Position numbers and translations under genes: made by a program. From Eledone cirrhosa (taxonomy: Eukaryota), in assembly GCA_964016885.1 (NCBI GenBank), contig OZ024740.1, forward strand, positions 129,642,001 to 129,706,000: 64,000 nt of DNA, in the 5' to 3' direction. Shown here one piece after another: positions 1 to 13,190 of this stretch. Below the pieces are notes generated by a model, which did not search any database, was not told the origin of the DNA, and saw only the letters and a list, made by a program, of their open reading frames with translations. Position 1 is the first letter of the stretch. Each line of letters begins with the position of its first letter.

Positions 1-1980
1 ACTAGAACGTCATGTGACAGACTCTCACCCAACAGGTGCCCCCTGGCTCAGCAGCAGGAACCTGACTGTCAACCAAATACTGCTGATGTTGGAGGGAGAA
101 GAAGAAGGAAAGGGGCCAGAACCAACTGGACGAAAGAATTGAATAGAACTGTTATGCAATGCTACCTGAAAAGTAACCCCAAGGAGAGGGGCTACAGGAG
201 ACGGATGCATAACATCTGGAACGAGATTGGTTTATTTAAATTAGATGAACAAAAATTGGCCGGGCAGGCTCGGGTAATAAGAACTAATGGGTGGATAAGC
301 GAGCTGGAACTGGAGGAACTGAGCAGAGAGAATGGCTTGGAGATGGCGGGTGTAGTATGCCAGACAAGCGAGCCGGCGGGAAATGAAGGTGAGGAGGTCC
401 TGAGAACGGAGGAACCACCCGAAGCAGACAATGATCTGAATACTGAGATAAATAATACCTGGAACAGTGATACGGCCACTGAGGAGATGAATGCTGACGG
501 GCTGGGACAAGATTCGGTTGACATCCTAAATTTAGTGGTAGATGAGTTGAACAATGATAGTGGGAGACCTATGAACCTAAGATTTGTAGACAGGAAAAAG
601 TTAAAAGAAACAACAGCTAAGGTAAACAAAGTCAACCCATACCTTGAGGCGAGGAGTCTTCACCAGTGCAACAATATCCTCAAAGCAACAGCAAATACGG
701 TGAGGAAACTACTTGGTATAAAAGCGAGAGGAAACAACAGACAAGAAAGAGCAGAGCCGTGGTGGAAGAAGCGACTGAGTGGGCAAATCGGGGAAATGAG
801 AAATGACATAGGAAAGCTTGAGTCACTACTGAATGGGACACTAAAAAACATAGGCACTAAAAATAGACTGGAAATAAAATACAAAACTAGGAGTAAAAAG
901 CTAAATATTATCATAGAGGAATTGAAGCAACGCATTGTAGCAAAGAGTGCCAAAATCAGGCGATACGAGAACAGAGTCAGTCAGTATAAACAGAACCGCA
1001 TGTTCGACAACAACCAGAAGATGCTGTTTGGACAGCTTGAGGGGAAAGAAAGAGGCAACGACTTGATCCCTGGGGCGGAACAAGCTAAAACATTCTGGAG
1101 AGGAATATGGGAGCAGGATGTTAGACACAATGCCAAGGCAGGGTGGATTGAGACAGTACAGAGGGATATCGGTGAGCAGGCACAACTACAGACTGATTTG
1201 AGTATCACAGTTGAAACTCTTAAGGGGCAAGCCAAAAAACTAACCAACTGGAAATCACCAGGCCCAGATGGTGTGCAGGGGTATTGGATTAAACATTTAA
1301 CATCCCTCCACCCGAAGCTGACGGCCATGTTCAATGACTGCTTGGTGTCGGGTGAGGTGCCAGAGTGGTTGACAAAAGGTACCACAGTTCTGATAATGAA
1401 AGACCGAAGCAGGATCTGTGGAGAGAGAGAGGAGATTGTGGCCCACATTGTGTCCGAGTGTAAACACCTAGCCCAGACCCACTATAAGGGCTGGAGACAC
1501 GATGTGATGGGCAGGGTGATCCACTGGCACCTGTGCAAAGTAAACAATCTACCACATTCTGAGAAATGGTATGAGCATAGGCCAGAGGCGGTGATGGAGA
1601 ACAGTCAGGTGAAGGTGCTGTGGGATTTTAGGATACAGACGGACAAAAAACTGGAACACAATAGACCTGACCTGGTGGTTGTGGACAAAGAAAAAAGATC
1701 GTGCCTGATTGTGGATGTGGCCTGCCCGTTCGACACGAGAGTGCAAGAGAAGGAGAGGGAGAAAATTAACCGATACCAGGACCTAAAGTGGGAGGTGAAA
1801 AGGATTTGGAACTGCCATGAAGTCAAAGTGATCCCGATTGTCATAGGCGCACTGGGGACTATCTCCAAAGGTTTTCAGGGATGGTTAAAGAAAATCGGCC
1901 CCTTCACGCTTTTTGGAACGCTTCAAAAGGCATGCTTGCTTGGAACGGCAAGAACCCTCCGATACGTCCTGAATATCTGA
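1..1980 (+). CDS. R4/Dong ORF lacking the RT core: N-terminal domain fused in frame to the restriction-like endonuclease
   Basis: Frame is open from base 1 (TRTSCD...NWTKELNRTVMQCY). Contains PWWKKRL, NWKSPGPDG, WLTKGTTVLIMKD, then jumps to RICG..H..SEC, RHD, RPDLVVVDK..IVDVACPFD, EKINRY and PIVIGALG. Confidence 0.85.
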   Translation, partial: TRTSCDRLSPNRCPLAQQQEPDCQPNTADVGGRRRRKGARTNWTKELNRTVMQCYLKSNPKERGYRRRMHNIWNEIGLFKLDEQKLAGQARVIRTNGWISELELEELSRENGLEMAGVVCQTSEPAGNEGEEVLRTEEPPEADNDLNTEINNTWNSDTATEEMNADGLGQDSVDILNLVVDELNNDSGRPMNLRFVDRKKLKETTAKVNKVNPYLEARSLHQCNNILKATANTVRKLLGIKARGNNRQERAEPWWKKRLSGQIGEMRNDIGKLESLLNGTLKNIGTKNRLEIKYKTRSKKLNIIIEELKQRIVAKSAKIRRYENRVSQYKQNRMFDNNQKMLFGQLEGKERGNDLIPGAEQAKTFWRGIWEQDVRHNAKAGWIETVQRDIGEQAQLQTDLSITVETLKGQAKKLTNWKSPGPDGVQGYWIKHLTSLHPKLTAMFNDCLVSGEVPEWLTKGTTVLIMKDRSRICGEREEIVAHIVSECKHLAQTHYKGWRHDVMGRVIHWHLCKVNNLPHSEKWYEHRPEAVMENSQVKVLWDFRIQTDKKLEHNRPDLVVVDKEKRSCLIVDVACPFDTRVQEKEREKINRYQDLKWEVKRIWNCHEVKVIPIVIGALGTISKGFQGWLKKIGPFTLFGTLQKACLLGTARTLRYVLNI

Positions 1981-2066
1981 GGCTGCAGGTAGTGGCTTGA
2001 TATTCAATCCAACGGACTTTCCAGTTAACCAACATCAATGACTGAGATTCAAGGAATAACAATAAC

Positions 2067-2112
<46 letters not shown>
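1..2112 (+). mobile_element. R4/Dong-clade non-LTR retrotransposon (RLE type), copy 1, internally deleted, with (TAA)n tail
   Basis: Collinear with copy 2 from 3610. Short 3' UTR followed by (TAA)n at ~2066-2112. The 5' end lies outside the window. Confidence 0.9.
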
Positions 2113-3450
2113 GGGAAGAAGACGCACATCGTGGATAGAAGGTCGTGAGATCGCTCCCGTAAGTTTCGATTTTTAACATATTTAAATCAATTGTGAAATA
2201 ACAATTCTTTGTACAAATGATACATAAAACATCCGGCTTGAGTCCCAAAAAAATTCGGATCCATAATATATTGTTATATCGCTCAAATATTCAAATTTGT
2301 ATTATACATTTTATATTCAAAAAAGAAAATGGTTATAAATGGAAGAAAACCCCCTCTGTCTACACTATATAGAACAGCCAAATAACAGCAATTTCACCAA
2401 CACTAGAAGCTATATACAGCACCTACCCCATCACCCCTCTGTGTACACTAAACACATCAGCCAGATAACGGCAATTTCATCACCACCACCACCAATCTCA
2501 GCATAATAATAGTAATTACTATTATTATTGTCTCAAGTTTTAACAATATGTTTAATCCAATATAAAGCAAATATATCAACACATATACGCGACGAACCCC
2601 ATAGATACACCGATCTTTCAAAAATACAGTTCATTCGACAAAACTCAATAACGACAACGCCATCACTATAGTCACCGCCACCGCCGCCCATCCAACATTA
2701 CTACCACTATCCCTTCACCGCCGCCACCACTCCTTCATTGCTACCACCGCTATCCCCCCCATTACCTTCTGTTAACTTACGAAAGGGGAAGATGGCGGTA
2801 TCACTAGACAATATTAAGAAACAATATTAATATTTAATTTTGGATCAGGAATGTTAGAGTCGAAAAGGAGGAAAGTGACAAAATGACTAAATAACTAAAG
2901 ATAATTTCACCACCAACACCACCACGACTACCATTATGAAAACTCTGGTTAAGTCTAACTCAACCGCTATTTCTACTCCAACTTTAACACCATCACTACA
3001 GTAATGCGACCACATCACCACCACCACTGCCTAATAATGATTTATCGCTACCGCCGCTATTCTCTCCCACTACCTCCTGCTAGTTGCTGCTAGCACAGCA
3101 CCGCCACCACCACCACCACCACTGCCTCATTATCACTACGGCCGCTATTCTCTCCCGCTACCCCATGCTACATCGTAGAACCCCCACTAAAAGAGGAAGG
3201 CATCACAATATATAAATAGACTGAATTGATGACCCGGTCAAAGTAAAACAAACAAAAAATCGAAATCAAAGCAGCACAGCAACAGCAAAAACGTAAAGAA
3301 AATAAGAATGAAGAGAAAAACAAACAGACGGACAGAGAAGGGAAGGGAAAAACTAAGTCAGACATTCAAACACTACATTACAATGAAACTTATGCTTATT
3401 CATTTTGGGTTTATTTTTGCCTGTTTGTTTGTTTGTTTGTTTATTTATGT

Positions 3451-6400
3451 TCGTCTACAGCGTGATAATCCCACACAAAAATCACGTTGAGTGACGGAAC
3501 CACCGGAGACGATGAATTCACAGGTGGTTATGTAACCATACATTCGCCAATCCTCGATAAGAGTGTTTAAATCTCGAACCTAAACAGTTCGAATAACGGT
3601 GAAATGGAGACTAGAATGTCATGTGACAGACTCTCACCCAACATATGCTCCCTGGCTCAGCAGCAGGGACCTGGCTGTCAACCAAATACTGCTGGTGTCG
3701 AAGGAAGAAGAAGAAGGAAAGGGACCAGAAGCAACTGGACGAAAGAATTGAAGAGAACTGTTATGCAATGTTACCTGTAGAGTAACCCCAAGGAGAAAGG
3801 CTATAGGAAACCGATGCATAACATCTAGAACGAGAGCGGTCTATTTAAATTAGATGAACAAAAAATTGGCCGGGCAGGCTCGGGTAATAAGAACTAATGG
3901 GTGGATAAGCGAGCTGGAACTGGAGGAACTGAGCAGAGAGATTAGCTTGGAGATGGAGAGTGGAGTATGCCAGGCAAACGAGCCAGTGGGAAATGAGGTG
4001 AAGAGGTCGAGAGAACGGAGGAACCACCCGAAGCAGACAATGATCTGAATGTTGAGATAAATAATAACTGGAACAGAGATACGGCCACTGAGGAGATGAA
4101 TGCTGATGGGCTAGGACAAGATTTGGTTGATATCCTAAACTTAGTGGTAGATGAATTGAACAATGATAGTGGGAGACCTATGAACCTAAGATTTGTAGAC
4201 AGGGAAAAGTTAAAAGAAACAACAGCTAAGGTAAACAAAGTCATCCCATACCTTGAGGCGAGGAGCCTTCACCAGTGCAACAATATTCTCAAAGCAACAG
4301 CAAATACGGTGAGGAAACTACTTGGTATAAAAGCGAGAGGAAACAACAGACAAGAAAGAGCAGAACCTTGGTGGAAGAAACGACTGAGTGGTCAAATCAG
4401 GGATATGAGAAATGACATTGGAAAGCTTGAGTCCCTACTGAATGGGACACTAAAAAACATAGACACTAAAAATAGACTGGAAATAAAGTACAAAACAAGG
4501 AAGAAAAAGCTAGATATTATCATAGAGGAACGGAAGCAACGCATTGTAGCAAAGAGTGCAAAAATCAGGCGATACGAGAACAGAGTCAGCCAGTATAGAC
4601 AAAACCGCATGTTCGACAACAACCAGAAGATGCTGTTTGGACAGCTTTAGGGGAAAGAAAGAGACAACGACTTGATCCCTGAGGCGGAACAAACTAAAAC
4701 ATTCTGGAGAGGAATATGGGAGCAGGATGTTAGACATAATCACCAGGCAGTTTGGATTGAGACAGTACAGAGGGATATCGGTGAGCAGGCACACCAACAA
4801 ACTGATTTGAGTATCACAGTTGAAACTCTTAAGGGGCAGGCCAAAAAACTAACCAACTGGAAATCACCAGGCCCAGATGGTGTGCAGGGGTATTGGATTA
4901 AAAATATAACATCCCTCCACCCGAAATTGACAACCAAGTTCAATGACTGCTTCATGTCATGTGAGGTACCAGAGTGGTTGACAAAAGGTATCACAGTTCT
5001 GATAATGAAAGACCGAATCAAGGGTAATGATGTTACCAACTATAGACCTATCACATGTCTTTCCGTAATGTGGAAACTGTTGTAAGGCATAATGTCTGAG
5101 CAAATCTACCATCACCTCCACAGAAACAACTTGTTACCGGACGAACAGAAAGGATGCCGAAAGAAGTCACGTGGTACAAAAGACCAGTTATTTATTGATA
5201 AGATGGTAATGAGGAATTGCAAGAGGAGACACACTGGTCTTGCCATGGGATGGATAGACTACAAAAAGGCAATTGACATGGTGCCTCATTCTTGGATCAC
5301 CAAAAGCCTGGAGATATTCAGGGTGGCAGATAACATCAGACAGTTTTTGGGCAAAAGTATGAAGTCCTGGGAAACAGAGTTAACATCAACTGGGGAATCC
5401 TTGGGAAGCGTGAAGATCAACAGATGTATCTTCCAGGGAGATAGTCTGTCCCCTCTGCTGTTTGTCCTTGCCCTGATGCCCCTGACCAGTGTAATGCGAA
5501 AAGTGAGAGCAGGATAAAGGTTGGGAAAGGCTGGGCTTACCATCAATCACCTCATCTTCATGGGCGATCTTAAGCTCTTCGGGAAGAGTTGGATGTGCTT
5601 GTTGACACTGTCCGTATTTTCACCAATGATATATGTATGCAATTTGGTATTAGTAAGTGCGGAGTTATTGTGATGAAAAGTGGTAAGAAGAGCAGAAGTA
5701 ACGGAATCCAGGTACCAACGGGTGAGATGATAAAGGAAACTGACTCTGAAGAAGGATACAAGTATTTGGGCGTTCTGGAGGCTGATGACATCAAGAACAA
5801 AAAAATGAAGGAATTGATAAGAACTGAATACATTCGGAGAATAAGGAGCGTATTGAAGTCACATCTGAACAGTAGGAATGCCATAAGTGCAGTAAATTCC
5901 CGAGCTCTGTCTATTATTAGGTACAGTGCGGGAAATCTGAGATGGAATGTTGCTGAACAGTAAGAAATGGATAGGAAGACTAGGACGCTATTGACTATCT
6001 ACGACATGTACCACAAGAGGAGTGATGTCGATAGACTCTACTTAAGTAGATCTGAGGATGGAAGAGGTCTTATCAGCATAGAGGACTGTGTTCAGATGGA
6101 GAAAAACAACCTACACAAATACGTGACTGATAGTAAGGAGCCAATGCTGAGAACTGTACTGAAGGAGGGGACAATAGGCCAGGGGATGTCCAAGGAGGAA
6201 ATAACATCAAGGAGAAAGAGCAGCCTTCAGGAAAAATCCCTTCATAGTACCTTCTTTGAGAAAACTGATGTAGAGATCCACAGACATGGAACTGGTTGAA
6301 AAGAGGAGACCTTAAAAAGGCTACAGAAGGAATGTTTATGGCTGCGCAGGAGCAGGCCCTCAAAACGAAGTGGTTGAAACACCAGATTTACAAGGAAGAG

Positions 6401-7089
6401 GCTAGCCCACTGTGCAGGATCTGTGGAGAGAGGAGACTGTGGCTCACATTGTATCCGAGTGTAAACACCTAGCCCAGACTCACTATAAGGGCTGGAGATG
6501 TGATGGGCAGGGTAATCCACTGGCACCTATGCAAAGTAAACAATTTACCACATTCTGAGAAGTGGTATGAGCATAAGCCAGAGGCGGTGATAGAAAACGA
6601 TGAGGTGAAGGTGCTCTGGGATTTTAGGATACAGACGGACAAGAAACTGGAACACAATAGACCTGACCTGGTGGTTGTGGACAAAGAAAAAGGATCGTGA
6701 CTGATTGTGCATGTGGCCTGCCCATTCGACACGAGAGTGCAAGAGAAGGAGAGGGAGTAAATTAACCGATACCAGGACTTAAAGTGGGAGGTAAAAAGGA
6801 TTTGCAACTGCCATGAAGTCAAAGTGATTCCGATTGTCATAGGCGCACTAGGGACTATCTCCAAAAATTTCCAGGGATGGTCAAGGAAAATTTGCCCCTT
6901 TACGCTTTTTGGAACGCTTCAAAAGGCATGTTTGCTGGGAACAGCAAGAACCCTCCGATACGTCCTGAATATCTGAGGCTGCAGGTAGTGGCTTGATATT
7001 CATTTCAACAAACTTTCCAGTTAACTAACATCAATGACTGAGACTCAAAGAGTAATAACAAAAACAATAATAATAATAAATATAATAAC

Positions 7090-7135
<46 letters not shown>
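3451..7135 (+). mobile_element. R4/Dong-clade retrotransposon, copy 2, near full length, degraded
   Basis: ATG at 3604. Fragments [42 protein letters not shown] and the RLE motifs are broken by stops and frameshifts. TAA tail at 7053-7135. The 5' boundary is approximate. Confidence 0.9.
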
Positions 7136-7650
7136 GAGAAGTGGTATGAGCATAAGCCAGAGTCGGTGATAGAAAACGATCAGGTGATGGTGCTGTGGGA
7201 TTTTAGGATACAGACGGACAAGAAACTGGAACACAATAGACCTGACCTGGTGGTTGTGGACAAAGAAAAAAGATCGTGCCTGATTGTGGATGTTGCCTGC
7301 CCCTTCGACACGAGAGTCCAATAGGAGGAGAGGGAGAAAATTAACCGATACCAGGACTTAAAGTGGGAGGTAAAAAGGATTTGGAACTGCCATGAAATAA
7401 AAGTGGTCCCGATTGTCATAGGCGCTCTAGCTACTATCTCAAAAAGTTTCCAGGGATGTTTAAAGAAAATTGGCCCCTTCACGCTTTTTGGAACGCTTCA
7501 AAAGGCATGCTTGCTGGGAACAGCAAGAACCCTCCGATACGTCCTGAATATCTGAGGCTACAGGTAGTTGCTTGATGTTCATTTCAACAAACTTTCCAGT
7601 TAACTAACATCAATGACTGAGACTCAAAGAACAATAATAATAATAATAAT
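7136..7650 (+). mobile_element. R4/Dong 5'-truncated copy 3 (RLE end + 3' UTR + TAA tail)
   Basis: Starts at EKWYEHKPE directly after the TAA tail of copy 2 and has the same 3' UTR. Confidence 0.9.
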
Positions 7651-7684
7651 TTGTTCTGCTTTTGGCATAGGGCCAGCAATTACT

Positions 7685-7846
7685 GAAGAAGAAGAAGAAG
7701 AAGAAGAAGAAGAAGAAGAAGAAGAAGAAGAAGAAGAAGAAGAAGAAGAAGAAGAAGAAGAAGAAGAAGAAGAAGAAGAAGAAGAAGAAGAAGAAGAAGA
7801 AGAAGAAGAAGAAGAAGAAGAAGAAGAAGAAGAAGAAGAAGAAGAA
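7685..7846. repeat. (GAA)n microsatellite
   Basis: Pure GAA run. Confidence 0.98.
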
Positions 7847-8365
7847 GCGTTTAGAACGATATCCTCTGATTTCCATCTCGTTTACAATTTTCTTAGCAAA
7901 TTCATTTAGCTCTTACAAAAGGGATTAATTGTAGTACATCACCCTAGCCAGAAGCCTGAATATATTAAAACAATTTAATTATTGTAAGACGTTTGTTTAA
8001 TACCATTCGATTTTATTCGATTCACTTTCTTTTTTAGGTAACTATTTAATATGCATATTGATATATTTATAGAGAGAGAGGCAACACCATAATCACCAAC
8101 TGATGAATGATGATCCTTGATCTTTGTGAGACTTATTAATGATATCGATAATTGGTGATTGATCCAACTCTTTAATTTAGTTCAAAGCATCATGTTTTTG
8201 AATTTTCATGAAACGGCCATATAAGTGAAAGTTAAGCAATTTTAGCTTGATTTTCTTCTGTAAACGAGTACATTTATGTATTCATTTAAATCAGTTACAA
8301 AATCAATTTGTATTTTATATATAGAGATTTAAACTAATTATAATATATATATATATATATATATA

Positions 8366-9214
8366 CGAGGTGTGTCAGAAAAGTTCCAGGACTGATGTCA
8401 CAAAATATTTATTTCAAACCCAAATTTCAGACTAAGAGTTGTGTCCTTCAAAGTATGGAGTATGTAACTGTAATCTTAGCTTTCTGCAGCGATCAAACTT
8501 TTTTCTTCATAATTTCAGGTCGTCAAGCAATGAGCACAGAGCAACGAACAAACTATAAGTTTCTGGTACGGTTAGTGAAAACTTTCTCAGAAGCATTTGA
8601 ATTGCTGCAGCAAGTGTATGGAGATGAGAAGATGTCACGCTCACGTCTTTTTAAGTGGTGCAAGATGACCCCAGGAGCTCAAGGCCCTCAACAACCAGGA
8701 CTGAGGCCAAAGTTGAGCGCGTCCGGCTGATGGTGCGTAGCGATCGTCGGCTGACTGTTCGACTGATGGCAAATGAGCTGGGCATGAATCGGGACAGCGT
8801 CTGTAAAATTCTCACTGAAGATATGGACATGCGGAAAGTCTGCCCCTAGATGGTTCCAAAAGTGCGGAACCCATGACCAGAAGGGTTGACGCATGCAAGT
8901 GTGCCAGGACATCCTCCAGCGTCTTGAAACTTGCTAGGGACAGTCATCACCGGTGATGAGTCGCGGACCTTCGAATACGACCAGGAGGGGACCGGTTTTG
9001 AAGACGTGGACGACATCAAAATGGCCGTGACGACGGAACTGCGGAGGATCCCGAACGAATCCTTTTAGGAGTGCAAGCAAGGGTGGCAGATAAGGATGGA
9101 AAAGTGCATTATAATCCAGGGGGATTAGTTTGAAGGAGAACACTATTAGTGTGAAGTTTGGGTTAGAAATAAATCTTTTGTGACATCATCCTGGAACTTT
9201 TCTGACACACCTCA
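8366..9214 (+). mobile_element. Mariner-type DNA transposon, internally deleted
   Basis: TIRs CGAGGTGTGTCAGAAAAGTTCCAGGA... / ...TCCTGGAACTTTTCTGACACACCTCA flanked by TA. Transposase remnants [33 protein letters not shown] and a WVP-like motif. Confidence 0.9.
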
Positions 9215-10921
9215 TATATATAAATATGTGTGTGTGTCTGTGTGTTTGTGTTTGTATGTGTGTGTGTATATGTGTGTGTGTATGTGTGTGTGTGTGTGTA
9301 TGTATGTATATGTGTGCAGAGAAGTTCTTACAGTTTGTTTCAAGTCATCAGGAAGGAAAACAGTCACGAAACAATTTTTAACTAGATATAACCACTAATT
9401 TCCGAATAGCTATTCTTGTGATTGTGTTCAAATTACGATATCTAGGTTTTTCATCAATTTCCCAGGGAATTTAAGAACCTTCTCACATACACAAATGCAC
9501 AAACGAAAAATGTACGGTAAAGAACACAATCATTACGATGACTACATCATTTATCTACAACAGAAAACTGCTCTGAGAATGAAATAGACATTTTCATAAA
9601 TACATGTTTTCTTTTTCTTTTCTAAAATTGAAAAAGTAGACCTTTCACGTATCATACTGACAACAGAGTGACACAAATATTCAATGAGAGGTTGAAGAAG
9701 CAAATACAGAATAATTTTAAACACATTGAAATCCATTTAAATATAATTCTCAATCATTTTGAAAATACTTTATATATTTTCGTCCACTAGTTTTCAAGAT
9801 TTGTAGCAGCATAAAAAAAAAAACAATCAAAGAACACAACAATCGCCGTAACTACAACGACGCCGACGATAACGACAACACAAATAATAACAACGCTAGC
9901 AACAAACAGATCATTATCAGCAACAGCCACTGCAACAACATCAACACAAATATGAGCATAGTCCCAGCTATTCCCGAAGACTGCAACAACAGAGGACCTA
10001 TTAAATTAGTTTTCTCTCTTTATCTGTGAGCACGTCATAGATTTGTCTGTGCGGTTAAAAATACCAGACAGCGCTGTTTCGAAATTCAGAATTCTCCGAT
10101 AGGTGATATTTACTTTACACGTTCTGACATGGAAATAGACTAGAATCAATATAAAGTTTGCATAATGAGTATTTAGATTGATAGCGATACTCATTTGCAT
10201 ATAGTATAAACTTGGATGGCTATAGTTAAATGGCAGTAGCTCTAAGAGAGGTTTGATTGGTATAGGTGTGTATATGAAACCATATATTATACGGTTATAT
10301 ACAATAAAAACAGTAAGATCATTAATATCAGAGAAGAAGAATTTTTCGTTACGAACAAAATATGTTTCTTTCTCTATCCATCAAGTTAACCAACCACTCT
10401 TAACACTCCTAGTGTTAGAAAGGCCTCTTTCTCAGAACACCATTAGCATTACTATTATCACATTTACCAACCAATTTTTGATAAACCTCTTTTTTCATTC
10501 TCTCACTCTCCATCTCAATGCAGATGTGATTCTCACAACGCCATGACAAATTCACCAGACATAAAAAAATAGAATTTGTAAATTATGAGCTACCCTATCA
10601 CAGCACACACACCAAACCTTTACTATGTTTGTTTAATGCACTAAAATGGAATATGTATTGCGTATTATGCTGCCAAACATCTAAATCATACCCCTTTCTT
10701 CATTATTACTAAGATCCACCACAACAACTCCTACGTTGAAGCGCGGATTAAAATGGGGAATTATACAACCATCCACGCAGATCATATCGGGAAAATAGAT
10801 GGTGGACATACTTTGTTCCTATATAATTCGATTACGAGAGAAGCAAATGGATATGACTGGTTAGGCTCTACCAACCACAAAAAACGCCTCTACAGTGCAG
10901 CAAAATATATTTCAACAACAT

Positions 10922-11104
10922 TTGGCAGTATCGGTAGAGGGTCGGACGTCATTGTTTGACGCATAGAATTACGGCCCTTTCCATTCTGAGTTCAAATCCC
11001 GCCGATGTCAACTTTGCCTTTCATCATTTTGAGGTCGATAAAATAAAGTACCACTAATGTACTGGGTAATTGCTGGCCTTGTGCCAAAAGTAGAAACAGT
11101 TATT
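10922..11104 (+). mobile_element. tRNA-derived SINE (family A)
   Basis: TGGCAG A-box-like start, GAGTTCAAATCCC B-box, and a core ACTTTGCCTTTCATC...GGTCGATAAAATAAAGTACC repeated many times in the window. Confidence 0.75.
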
Positions 11105-12015
11105 TGTTTTATCTATCACTGTCATTCTAGAAATTGATTAATAAGTGATAATTGCTCTAACCTTGTATTAATTAGTCTACAGACACTTTGAGATCAGCTA
11201 TTTTCATTTAAGCCCTTGCAAACAACAGTAAAATAACATTTAATCTATTTGGAGGAGTTATTTCTTTTGTCACGACTTGTGCTTGCACCAATAAGGCGTT
11301 CCACATATACTTTGAAGCTAGTATTTAGTAACGACACTAACATTATATTGCAGTGTAAAACAGTGGCACGCTTCTATGTAATCTGATATTCCAAGAACGA
11401 AAGATAAAATGCAAAGACCTCTCTCATGCCCACTCATTTGTAAAATAGCTCATCAAAATGTATCCTGGGAATTGATCATCCATGGTATTTCACATGTCAA
11501 TTTGACATTCGCAAAAACACACACTCAACACCATCAACTTCAAAACATCTAGGCAGATATTTATAAAAAGTGTTACAAATATATGCACAACGCACACTAT
11601 CAAAATCTGTGAACAAAGCCAATTGCAGTATACATAAAAATAGAAATAAAAAAAAAACATTACGAAAAAATCAATTTAAGGAAATAATAAAGCAACTAAC
11701 ATATTACAAGAAATAACACACCAATTGAACCACATGATGACTATTATCAATAACCAAAGAAGAGTTGTGAATGAAAGTGTAATTTGGAAAATTAAACTTA
11801 ATCCGAATATTTTATTTCCATTTGCCAAAAAAATATCGGCTGAAATAAGACAGAACCAACACTGCTTTTTGTCAGCAATTCTGATACGGTTGATATGGAG
11901 AGTATCAGCACACCATAACTGACCTAACGTTTATCGTCCTAGTTATATTAGCTGGATCTAACATAATTACGTACAACTATGTTGCACGACTCAATTCATT
12001 CCCAGCTAGTGTCAT

Positions 12016-12338
12016 GGAGGGCAAGGTTAAGAGCTCCCTTCGGTAACGAAAGACCATGGGATTTGCACTTAGAAACTTCCCGTCAGAGGCACATGTCACG
12101 CAAGGTTGTTTGAGGAAGAACAGTTGCCGCTCATGCATACCAGTCTCCGCTCTTCACGTGACCGCTGTTGTCCACTGAAAAGCGAAAGGAACAGTGACGT
12201 TGCACCTCATTTCTACAGTTGAGTGAACTTGAGTTACGTGAAAGAAAGTGTCTTCCTGAAGTACACAACGCAAAACACGGTCCGAGAATCGAACTCAAAT
12301 CACAATTTTACGCCCGAAACTCTAACAACTAAGCCATA
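12016..12338 (-). mobile_element. tRNA-derived SINE (family B), old
   Basis: Minus strand has TGGCTTAGTTGTTAG (A box) and GAGTTCGATTCTCGG (B box), then a GTTGTGTACTTCAGGAAGACACTT central domain. Confidence 0.65.
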
Positions 12339-12636
12339 TACACATGTACATATGTGTATGTACACGTGCGTTTGCATATAATCGGAGATATTCGCATATA
12401 CACATAAGCAAGCATCTACAAATATACGAATATGCATCCAATATACATATGTACATACTTATGTATGAGCCTAAATGCGAAAACATTACTTTTACCATAT
12501 TAATACATTCACTATTTTTTTTATTATCATCTTACTACAATTATAAACATTTTCCATATGATAGCAACATTTGTTTGACTATTCTTAAGAAAATTAATAT
12601 CCAGATTTTTTCACTACAAGAATATGATTTTTCCTA

Positions 12637-13190
12637 AGCCTATGCAATGCCTCTGTTTCCTTATGTGCATACTCCGTCAAATTCGATCCAGTAAAATTGA
12701 TTCTAAGCTACAAGTATTGCTAATGAGGGTTTGCCTTTGAATGAGTTTGTATGACAATCTTCTGGACCCATTTCGTGGCCAGGGTCTTCAAAGAATAGTT
12801 GTTTCGGCAATATGATGCCAGACATCCTGACAAAATATGCCTGTCTAATGTAGGCTTTTAATAGGAAGGTGTGAATAATATGGGTACGAGCCCTTTTAGG
12901 AACTGCAATTCTGGAATTTGTCTTGTAAACTTAAATGGTGAAATCTATGGAGGAATCAATCTCAAATGGAAATGGTTAAATCCTTTAGAATGACTGCAGG
13001 AGAGAGTACAAGTTTTGCAGTCGTAGAGCAGAGTGGTGAGCACAACTGCTCGTTAGACCTACTTCTTCTTAGATTAGGCTGTACAATCTCTTGTCACATG
13101 CATTCTTGCCTAACCTGATAAAAATGCCACTGGCTTTAGCAATTCTCTTGCGCCTCTTGGCGTCTATGATTGTTCTTTCTGGAAAATTAC
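12637..13190 (-). pseudogene. RTE-clade LINE 3' fragment
   Basis: Minus strand yields RIAKASGIFIRL, AVVLTTLLY, NHFHL, QDKIP and VRMS..LPKQLFF, typical of the RTE C-terminus, with frameshifts. Confidence 0.7.

Noticed and set aside
2341-3170. Short duplicated ACC/ACT-rich motifs
   Set aside because: Decayed low-complexity sequence with no ORF or defined ends.
3540-3607. HDV-like ribozyme just before the R4 start codon (TTCGCC/GGTGAA pairing, TCCTCG loop, TCGAAC/GTTCGA hairpin)
   Set aside because: No P1 or P3 pairing and no catalytic C in J4/2 could be found. The copy is degraded, so this needs a family consensus.
7610-7909. Poly-Glu and poly-Phe ORFs
   Set aside because: Translation of the (GAA)n microsatellite.
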